This document shows, in pieces, positions 11,721-19,533 of a stretch of DNA of 64,000 nucleotides (position 1 is the stretch's first letter; every line of letters starts with the position of its first letter). The stretch spans positions 160,489-224,488 of the forward strand of contig CAYVFE010000001.1 of assembly GCA_964450885.1 (NCBI GenBank), read 5' to 3'. The position numbers and the translations under genes are program-made. The DNA is from an uncultured Gammaproteobacteria bacterium. Its GTDB lineage: Bacteria; Patescibacteriota; Microgenomatia; Levybacterales; GWA1-39-11. The notes below the pieces were generated by a model. The model had not been told where the DNA came from and searched no databases. It worked only from the letters and a program-made list of their open reading frames with translations.

Positions 11721-13117
11721 ATCCTCGGAAAAAGTGGTTCGATTGCTGTGATTTTTTCTTTTGAGAAATGCGAGAGGATTTTCTCAGCAGTCTCGGGAAG
11801 AAATGGTTGGAGATTGTAGGCGATTTCTATAATACCAATTACCAAGGTAGCAAGAATAATTTTTGACTTCTCGTCGTTAAGCTCCCATGGCTTTTCAAGA
11901 TTAATGAGCTTATCGAGTCCGGCAATCTTATTCCATAAATAGTCCAACGCTTGATTGAACTCAAAATTTTCAAAATAATCCTTTACGACCTCATCTAATT
12001 GTTTTTCAATATTTTTAGGTCCAGAAAAGTTTTTAGTCTCGCATAACTTAGAGACTCTTGAGACTAAATTTCCCAGGCCATTTGCAAGATCCGCATTGTA
12101 GACTGTCTTTAGTTTTTCCTCAGAAAAGTCGCCATCCTGCGTAGATGGGATTTGGCTCAGCAGATAATAACGGAGTGAATCTGCTCCATATTTTTCAATT
12201 AGCTCCACCGGATCAATTACATTTCCTAAAGTCTTTGACATCTTTTGGCCATTTACAGTGAAGTACCCATGAACAAATAGTGATTTTGGAAGCGGGAGTT
12301 TTGCTGAGAGTAGGAATGCGGGCCAGTATACCGCATGGAACCTTAAGATTCCTTTTCCTATGACATGAACGTCAGCGGGCCATGCATCTAAGTTTTCGAC
12401 TCCGCTCCTATATATATTCAGAGCATCAAACCATACGTACATTCTCTGGCTGTCGTCGTCTGGGACGGGCACACCCCAGTTTTTCGCGCGTTCATTCGAG
12501 CGGCTGATACTTATATCCTGGAGACCAAGTTTTAGAAATGATAGAACTTCGTTCTTTCGGGAATTAGGAACGATCTTGATCTGGTCGTTTTCGATTATAT
12601 CTATGATGTCTTTTTCGTATCTAGATAACTTAAAAAAGTAGTTCTCCTCACTTACCTCATCGAGTTTTTTACCTGGATGCTCAAAGCACTCTCCATTTTC
12701 ATTAAGTTCACTTTTTTCATAAAAGGTCTCACATCCTACGCAGTAAAGTCCAGTATATGTTTTCTTGTAGATATCTCCACTTTCTAGGCACTTATTCCAT
12801 AAATCCTGGGATGATTTATAGTGATCAGGGACACTTCCTTTTTGAAATACATCAAATTTTACGTTTAGAGCCTTTGCAAGGTCCTCAAATAGATGGCTAT
12901 TTTTATCGACAAATTCCTGAACGCTGACATTCTCTTTTTCTGCCGCCTGGACGTTTTTCAATGCATTCTCATCACCACCTGATAAAAGTATGGTGTCCTT
13001 TCCCAGGAGCCTATGGTATCGCGCTATGACATCTGCCTGTACAAACTCCAAAGAATGGCCTACGTGCGGTTTTGCATTTACATAAGGGATGGCGGTCGTT
13101 ACATAGAAGTTTTTCAT
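11714..13117 (-). CDS. metG: Methionine-tRNA ligase (short form, no C-terminal tRNA-binding domain)
   Basis: YVTTAIPYVN..PHVGH, YCVGCETF, YVWFDAL, GKGILRFH..YWPA, KMSKT. Confidence 0.97.
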   Translation of the reverse strand: MKNFYVTTAIPYVNAKPHVGHSLEFVQADVIARYHRLLGKDTILLSGGDENALKNVQAAEKENVSVQEFVDKNSHLFEDLAKALNVKFDVFQKGSVPDHYKSSQDLWNKCLESGDIYKKTYTGLYCVGCETFYEKSELNENGECFEHPGKKLDEVSEENYFFKLSRYEKDIIDIIENDQIKIVPNSRKNEVLSFLKLGLQDISISRSNERAKNWGVPVPDDDSQRMYVWFDALNIYRSGVENLDAWPADVHVIGKGILRFHAVYWPAFLLSAKLPLPKSLFVHGYFTVNGQKMSKTLGNVIDPVELIEKYGADSLRYYLLSQIPSTQDGDFSEEKLKTVYNADLANGLGNLVSRVSKLCETKNFSGPKNIEKQLDEVVKDYFENFEFNQALDYLWNKIAGLDKLINLEKPWELNDEKSKIILATLVIGIIEIAYNLQPFLPETAEKILSHFSKEKITAIEPLFPRIK

Positions 13118-13150
13118 AATAAACGATTTTAACAGTTAGTAGCCTCAAGC

Positions 13151-13486
13151 TCAAGCTGACTTATAGGTTAATCTATCGATAAGTATTATAAGAAGCAGTA
13201 AAAGAATTGGGTAAAAAAGGTTCGAAAATCCAAAATACCTTAGCGTCAGAAATGAAAGTATAAAAATACCTAAGAAAAATCCTCTTAAGTAGTTTTTGAA
13301 AATAAATGATCCTAAGCATATGAATACACCAAAAAGAAGAACAAAAAAAACTACTACGGATGGAATAGAGATATCCAGAATTACAAGTGGCTGACTAGGA
13401 GACCGGAATAAAATCAAAGCCATTGTTAATAGAAGCAAGATGGTTGCGCCCGACAGGACAGGCAAGTATTTTTTTCTCTTTCCCAT
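13151..13486 (-). CDS. Small hypothetical membrane protein (~4 TM)
   Basis: Almost entirely hydrophobic; extended -10 (TGaTAATCT) lies 8 nt before the ATG. Confidence 0.7.
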   Translation of the reverse strand: MGKRKKYLPVLSGATILLLLTMALILFRSPSQPLVILDISIPSVVVFFVLLFGVFICLGSFIFKNYLRGFFLGIFILSFLTLRYFGFSNLFYPILLLLLIILIDRLTYKSA

Positions 13487-13514
13487 ATATACATAGATTA
13501 TCAGAAAAATGGTG

Positions 13515-13551
13515 TTGACAACAGTTAGCAGTCATGATATATTAGTGCTAA
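13515..13551 (+). promoter_or_regulatory. hrcA operon promoter overlapped by a CIRCE
   Basis: TTGACA 13515-13520, 17 bp, TATATT 13538-13543; TTAGCAGTC-N9-TAGTGCTAA 13525-13551. Confidence 0.9.
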
Positions 13552-13591
13552 TCAATCACTAAGCCTAGGCTAAAAATCTTAGCACTTTAAT

Positions 13592-14314
13592 ATGTACGAT
13601 TTAACGCAGAGACAAATAGAGATCCTGAAGCATATCGTAAAAGAATATACGGACACGGCGCTTCCTGTAGGCTCAGAGACCCTAGAGAAAAAGTATGATC
13701 TGGGAGTCAGTCCAGCGACCATCCGTAATGAGACCGCTGATATGGTCAAAAAAGGTTATCTGACTAAAGCTCACTCATCATCCGGAAATGTTCCGTCCTC
13801 AAAGGCAGTAAAGCTTTATATCAATGAGCTTATGAAGGAGAAGGAGCTTTCGGTAGCAGACGAGGTTGAGGCAAAAGAGAATGTTTGGGATCTTCGCGAG
13901 AAAGAGGCGCAGTTTTTGCGGGCTGCAACAAAAAAACTTGCGGAAAAAACAAAATCTCTTGCTGTTGCCAGTACGGATATAGGAGATATATTCTTTGCAG
14001 GATATTCAAATATTTTGAGCATGCCGGAGTTTTACGATATCGACGTAACAAAGAATCTGTTATCGATTCTGGATAACGATTCGTACTTTGACGCAATCTA
14101 TGGAAGGATTACAGAAAAATGCACTGTGATATTGGGAGACGAATTCGAGCAGGAAGTATTTCGCCCATACAGTTTCGTATTTGCTAAGTTTAATACCAGG
14201 CGGAATCATTCTGGATCAATAGGCGTGATAGGGCCATCTAGAATGCATTACGAATATATATTGCCTATCGTAAGACATTATGGAGCGTTAGTAGACGAGA
14301 TAGCAGATTGGTAG
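13592..14314 (+). CDS. hrcA: Heat-inducible transcription repressor HrcA (shortened, 240 aa)
   Basis: LTQRQ..IL..IV..Y....PVGS..L, VSPATIRNE, C-terminal GSIGVIGP.RM.Y; upstream of grpE-dnaK. Confidence 0.93.
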   Translation: MYDLTQRQIEILKHIVKEYTDTALPVGSETLEKKYDLGVSPATIRNETADMVKKGYLTKAHSSSGNVPSSKAVKLYINELMKEKELSVADEVEAKENVWDLREKEAQFLRAATKKLAEKTKSLAVASTDIGDIFFAGYSNILSMPEFYDIDVTKNLLSILDNDSYFDAIYGRITEKCTVILGDEFEQEVFRPYSFVFAKFNTRRNHSGSIGVIGPSRMHYEYILPIVRHYGALVDEIADW

Positions 14315-14355
14315 AAGTTATTGATAATTATAAATTGAAAGTTTAAATTAGATAA

Positions 14356-14811
14356 ATGATGAAAGATGAAAAGAAACAAACAATTAAGAAAAAGACAAAT
14401 GATAAGAACCTTGAAAATCAAATAGCGAGTCTGGAGGAGAATCTGAAAAGAGCTCTTGCTGACTATCAGAATCTGGAAAGAAGGGTTTTGAATGAGAGAG
14501 CTGATTTGGTAAAATATGCGAATCAGGAGCTTTTAAAGAAAATCATCCCTTCATTTGACAATCTATATCTGGCTGAAAAATATATTAAAGACGAAGGAGT
14601 AAAATTAACCATCCAAAAGCTTACAGAGAACTTAGGAGAGGTAGGAGTTAAAAGAATCGATGTTGTGGGGAAAGAGTTTGATCCGGTAAAAATGGAATGT
14701 GTAGAAGTCGTAGATGGAGATAAAGATATAGTTGTTGAGGAGACAACACCAGGATTTATGCTATTTGATAAAGTAATTCGTCCTGCAGCAGTAAAAGTAG
14801 GAAATAAATAA
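14356..14811 (+). CDS. grpE: Nucleotide exchange factor GrpE
   Basis: RALADYQNLERR, FDP, GF.L.DKVIRPA.VKV. Confidence 0.95.
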   Translation: MMKDEKKQTIKKKTNDKNLENQIASLEENLKRALADYQNLERRVLNERADLVKYANQELLKKIIPSFDNLYLAEKYIKDEGVKLTIQKLTENLGEVGVKRIDVVGKEFDPVKMECVEVVDGDKDIVVEETTPGFMLFDKVIRPAAVKVGNK

Positions 14812-14835
14812 AAAAAATATTAAAATAAAATAATT

Positions 14836-16749
14836 ATGGGAAAAATAATAGGAATAGATTTAGGAACAACTAATTCGTGCATGGCCGTCATGGAAGGCGG
14901 TAGCCCTAAGGTGATCTTTAATTCTGAAGGGAAAAATACAACACCCTCAGTCGTTGATCCAGTAGACGGGGTAGTAGGAGATGTTGCAAAACGTCAGATG
15001 GTTCTAAAGCCAGAGCGCGTTATCTACTCTGTAAAGCGTTTGATGGGTAGACGTTTTAAGGACAAGGAAGTAAAGGAGGCCGCAGAATTTTTACCTTATA
15101 AAATAGTTGACGGAAAAAATGGGATGGCTGCCGTTGAAGTCGATGGAAAAACATACACCCCACAGGAAATATCAGCAAAAGTACTACAGAAATTAAAGAA
15201 AGACGCAGAAGACTATCTGGGAGACAAAGTAACACAGGCAGTTATTACTGTTCCCGCATATTTTGATGATGCGCAGCGACAAGCTACAAAACAAGCTGGA
15301 GAAATTGCGGGTCTTGAAGTTTTGAGAATCATAAATGAGCCAACTGCAGCGGCGCTTGCCTATGGTATGGATAAAAAACATGCTCATACTATTGCAGTTT
15401 ACGACCTGGGAGGAGGAACTTTTGATATTTCGATTTTAGAGTTAGGCGAAGGCGTTTATGAGGTGAAGGCTACAAATGGAGACACTCATTTAGGAGGAGA
15501 CGATTTTGATCAGGTGATAATAGATTATCTGGCTGATGAATTCAAAAAGGAAAATAGTGTTGACCTAAAAGCTGATAAGCAGGCTTTGCAAAGACTTAAA
15601 GAGGCAGCTGAAAAAGCAAAGATTGAACTTTCTTCCTCAAAAGAAGTTGATATCAATCAGCCATTTATTACGATGTCTGCAAGCGGCCCGCTGCATTTGA
15701 CTACAAAATTATCACGTTCTAAGTACGAATCTTTAGTTTCGGATCTTGTCAAAAAGACTTTTGACCCCGTAAAACAGGCTCTCAAAGATGCAGGCGTAGA
15801 TGCTTCAAAGATAGATGAGGTAATCATGGTCGGAGGAATGACCAGAATGCCAAAGATCGTTGAGGAAGTAAGTAGCTTTTTCGGGAAAGAACCCAATAAG
15901 AGCGTTAACCCAGATGAGGTTGTTGCTGTGGGTGCTGCAGTACAGGCTGGAGTTTTGGGAGGGGATGTAAAAGACGTTCTGCTTCTTGATGTTACTCCGC
16001 TTACGCTAAGTATTGAGACATTGGGAGCCGTTGCTACACCTCTTATTGAGAAGAATTCTACGATTCCAACTAAAAAATCTCAGGTATTCTCAACCGCTGC
16101 TGACAACCAGACACAGGTGGATATTCATATTTTGCAGGGTGAACGGCCGATGGCTGCTGACAACAAGGATTTGGGAAGATTTATTCTTGATGGTATTCCG
16201 CCAGCTCCGCGTGGCGTACCACAAATCGAAGTTACATTTGATATCGATGCGTCAGGAATACTCTCCGTTACCGCAAAAGATAAGGCAACAGGAAAAGAAC
16301 AAAGTATAAAAATTACCGGGTCCACTGGGCTTTCTGACGAAGAGGTAGATAAGATGACAAAAGAGGCTGAGATGAATGCGGAGGAGGACAAGAAGAAAAA
16401 AGAGCTTATTGATGCAAAAAATAGCGCCGAGGCTTTGATAATAACCGCAGAGAAAAGCATGAAGGATATAAAGGATCTGCCCGAAGATGATAAGAAAGGA
16501 CTTGAGGATCTGATTGAAGAACTTAGAAAGACGCTTGAGGGCGAAAGCAAGGATGAAATTGAGGAAAAGACACAAAAACTCTCAGAAGCGCTATCAAAGG
16601 TGGGCGAAAAGATGTATTCCCAGCAGGGAGAGCAGTCTTCGGATGAAAAGTCCGATAATGAAGATGAAAAAAGCGGAGAAAAGGATGAAGACAAGAAAGA
16701 CAAAGAGAATGTTGAAGAAGGCGAAGTCGTAGACGACAACAAAAACTAA
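14836..16749 (+). CDS. dnaK: Chaperone DnaK
   Basis: [42 protein letters not shown]. Confidence 0.99.
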   Translation: MGKIIGIDLGTTNSCMAVMEGGSPKVIFNSEGKNTTPSVVDPVDGVVGDVAKRQMVLKPERVIYSVKRLMGRRFKDKEVKEAAEFLPYKIVDGKNGMAAVEVDGKTYTPQEISAKVLQKLKKDAEDYLGDKVTQAVITVPAYFDDAQRQATKQAGEIAGLEVLRIINEPTAAALAYGMDKKHAHTIAVYDLGGGTFDISILELGEGVYEVKATNGDTHLGGDDFDQVIIDYLADEFKKENSVDLKADKQALQRLKEAAEKAKIELSSSKEVDINQPFITMSASGPLHLTTKLSRSKYESLVSDLVKKTFDPVKQALKDAGVDASKIDEVIMVGGMTRMPKIVEEVSSFFGKEPNKSVNPDEVVAVGAAVQAGVLGGDVKDVLLLDVTPLTLSIETLGAVATPLIEKNSTIPTKKSQVFSTAADNQTQVDIHILQGERPMAADNKDLGRFILDGIPPAPRGVPQIEVTFDIDASGILSVTAKDKATGKEQSIKITGSTGLSDEEVDKMTKEAEMNAEEDKKKKELIDAKNSAEALIITAEKSMKDIKDLPEDDKKGLEDLIEELRKTLEGESKDEIEEKTQKLSEALSKVGEKMYSQQGEQSSDEKSDNEDEKSGEKDEDKKDKENVEEGEVVDDNKN

Positions 16750-16801
16750 CAATTTCCCCTAAAGCGTTGTGTTGATTCCTATTGCATGATACGATGTTAT
16801 T

Positions 16802-17098
16802 ATGCAAGATTGTGCTCCAAATGAGATATTGACAGACTTTGGATGTATCCCTGATGATCCTGTTGGATTCGTGCAAAAGTTCTATGGAATAGGTCTGGGA
16901 TTTATAGGTATGGTCGCGCTGATTTTTATCATAATTGGTGGGTATAACATAATGACCTCTCAGGGTGATCCTACAAAGCTTGCGACCGGAAAATCCTTCA
17001 TTACATATTCGATAATTGGGGTATTATTGGCGATTTTTGGTTTTGTTTTCATAGAAGTGGTTACTGGAGATATATTAAGAATTCCAGGATTTAACTAA
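16802..17098 (+). CDS. TrbC/VirB2-like pilin-family small membrane protein
   Basis: Two hydrophobic helices separated by GGY.IMTSQGDP.K...GK..I.Y.IIG, typical of CPR pilin-like proteins; N-terminal Cys pair. Confidence 0.72.
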   Translation: MQDCAPNEILTDFGCIPDDPVGFVQKFYGIGLGFIGMVALIFIIIGGYNIMTSQGDPTKLATGKSFITYSIIGVLLAIFGFVFIEVVTGDILRIPGFN

Positions 17099-17100
17099 AG

Positions 17101-19494
17101 ATGAAGAAATTACTGCCCATAATTTGTTCTATTCTATTTGCTGCATTTGCTTTTTTCGCAGTAGTAAATACTTCTAATGCTCAGGTTATCGGCACAACTC
17201 CAACTCCCGAATCCCCATCAGGGGACTGGAAGAAAGATCAAGAGGTAACCTTTATAGGTAAGACCGCTGCCCGATCAAACGAATTTTTGCAATGGACGCT
17301 CCAGAATTATCAATGGATAAGTATCACTCCGGAAAATCCTACAAATCCTCTTGCTGAGTTCTGGGGTGTTATAAGAAATATTGTCTTGGCGCTTCTTGTG
17401 CTTTTTATTCTAGCAGCTGCATTTGTGATTATTATTACCCGTGGTCAGAACATAACCATAATGCGGTTTATCCCACGATTTATAATAATCATTCTTCTGA
17501 TTGTATTTTCTTTTGCTATCCTTAGATTTTTGTATCAATTTTTCGACGTAATCCAGGGATTTTTCCTTCGGACTACTGATCCTGCAGGAGGACCCGACAG
17601 ATTTATAGAGCCGAAAGACCTTTTATATATAGCTTTTGATTATAAGAGCTTCATAGGATTTAGGCAGGTTGGGATGGAGTTTGATGAGTCTGCTTATATA
17701 TCGCTTCTTTTGGTGAAAATTACTGCGGTTACATATTACGTGATGACAGGAATTCTTTTGATCAGAAAAATCATACTATGGTTTTTCATAATTATCTCAC
17801 CTGTTTTCCCATTGTTGCTATTTTTCAGGCCTCTAAGAAATACTGCAAAGATATGGGTGGGCGAATTTTTTAGGTGGCTTCTTTACGCTCCTCTGTTTGC
17901 AATATTCTTGCATGGGCTTGTCGTAATGTGGAGGGATAGGATTCCTTTGTCTTTTGATTTTTCTCAGGTTGGAACACAGATTTATCCTACTGCTATAAAT
18001 ATTTTACTAGGAGGTCCGGGACAGCAGATAGGGCTCAATAATTCTGTTAACTTTCGTGATACATTCGCACTTTATGTTGTAGCGCTTCTTATGCTTTGGG
18101 TGGTCATTCTTCTCCCCTGGCTATTGTTGCAGATATTTTTGGATTATCTAAATAATCTTTCGCTCTCTGAGACTCCTTTTTATCAAAGAATAGCCCAGAC
18201 GAATATCCCATTTATAAATAGGCCGATTGGTAAGGGACCAGATACGCCACCATCCGTTCCACCACAGGGTCCAGCATCAGCAGGGCTCGCCCGTAGTCTT
18301 CCATTTATGAACAAACGTGCTATGCAGATTCCTGTTAAGAAAGTTACAAGTGCCGACAATAACAAAAACATCTCATCTCGTCAAAATATCTCTAATATTT
18401 CATCTGAGACAAGCGAGGTAGTAAGACTTGCGAACCTTTCGGTTCCCAAGATGAGAGATATTGCCCGCATGGAATCGGCATCTATTACTAAGAATCAGTC
18501 AGTCCAAAACCAAAAGACGGAGATAACTAACAAATTGACGCAGATATCATCTCCCGCTTCTGCGCCGGCGATTGAGCGCGAAAAGATCACCACCATAAAA
18601 GAAAAGCTTGTACAGATGCAGCAAAAAGGAGATCCAGTCGCAAGTTCTATATTAAGTGCTTCAAGATTAGGATCGAGAGGAGCAATGACATCGGAGATGA
18701 TCAAAAACAAACTGGCGGTAACTTTGCAGCATATTGCAAGTCCTTCGATGGCTTTGACTGCGCAAGAGAGGCAGAAGGTGCAAGATATACGACAAGAGCT
18801 TTTGTCAGCTCAACAACAAGGCAATCCGCTTGCGACATATATCTTGGATATGAGTGAGAAAGTAAGTGGGGAAAACGTAAATGAAAAGGAGAAGCAGTCA
18901 CTTATAGATAGAGTAAAAGAGAAACTTTCAGCAGAAAAACAGAAAGGAAACAAACTTGCCGAAAAAGTGCTTCCAGCAGAAGGTGCAACAACGATCGCTG
19001 CAGCATCTCTTCCTAGTGTCAATCGAGTTCAGCAGGTAAGTCTGGATGAGTACGAAGAAGTCAAAAATATTTGGAAAGAAAACTATACGAATATGGAACC
19101 CCCTGCGCCTCTTGATGGTAAGACACTGACCAAGGAAGAATGGATCAATAATGATATTCAAAAAATAGATGAAACTATAAATCTACTTAGTTCTCCCGAC
19201 CAGACACAGGTACAAAAGGGCATGGAAATGGTTTCCGACATATTGCCGTTTCTACTCATAGGAGGTTTCTCAAAGGCTGAGGTCATTGCCTATCTTAAAG
19301 CAAAGCAAGCTGCCGGCAAAGAAGTCGCAGGGCAGGTTGAACAGAAGAGGAATGAGGAGGATACACTTCTTGAGAATAAGCCTAAGAAGGAAGAAAATTC
19401 AGCTGAGATGACGATGAAAAGAGAGTTGCCAATAGAAAACGCCCAGGAAAATAGTGGAAATCCTGATAAAGATCCATCAACAAATGCATCTTAG
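17101..19494 (+). CDS. Polytopic membrane protein with TrbL/VirB6-like region and a long soluble C-terminal region
   Basis: Signal-like N-terminus; W...RN, IRKIILWFFIIISP, KIW..EFFRWLLYAP VirB6-like pattern; ~430 aa hydrophilic tail. Confidence 0.6.
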   Translation: MKKLLPIICSILFAAFAFFAVVNTSNAQVIGTTPTPESPSGDWKKDQEVTFIGKTAARSNEFLQWTLQNYQWISITPENPTNPLAEFWGVIRNIVLALLVLFILAAAFVIIITRGQNITIMRFIPRFIIIILLIVFSFAILRFLYQFFDVIQGFFLRTTDPAGGPDRFIEPKDLLYIAFDYKSFIGFRQVGMEFDESAYISLLLVKITAVTYYVMTGILLIRKIILWFFIIISPVFPLLLFFRPLRNTAKIWVGEFFRWLLYAPLFAIFLHGLVVMWRDRIPLSFDFSQVGTQIYPTAINILLGGPGQQIGLNNSVNFRDTFALYVVALLMLWVVILLPWLLLQIFLDYLNNLSLSETPFYQRIAQTNIPFINRPIGKGPDTPPSVPPQGPASAGLARSLPFMNKRAMQIPVKKVTSADNNKNISSRQNISNISSETSEVVRLANLSVPKMRDIARMESASITKNQSVQNQKTEITNKLTQISSPASAPAIEREKITTIKEKLVQMQQKGDPVASSILSASRLGSRGAMTSEMIKNKLAVTLQHIASPSMALTAQERQKVQDIRQELLSAQQQGNPLATYILDMSEKVSGENVNEKEKQSLIDRVKEKLSAEKQKGNKLAEKVLPAEGATTIAAASLPSVNRVQQVSLDEYEEVKNIWKENYTNMEPPAPLDGKTLTKEEWINNDIQKIDETINLLSSPDQTQVQKGMEMVSDILPFLLIGGFSKAEVIAYLKAKQAAGKEVAGQVEQKRNEEDTLLENKPKKEENSAEMTMKRELPIENAQENSGNPDKDPSTNAS

Positions 19495-19533
19495 CATTTG
19501 TTGAAGTAGTTGCTATTTGTCTATAATAAAAAT

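Noticed and set aside
16125-16742. 205-aa antisense ORF, and the many similar 60-180 aa opposite-strand or out-of-frame ORFs in the track
   Set aside because: Shadows of well-supported genes such as dnaK, groEL, pnp and the repeat proteins; no motifs or independent expression signals.
16802-19494. Conjugative element/ICE
   Set aside because: No relaxase, VirB4, VirD4, integrase or att-like repeats in the window.
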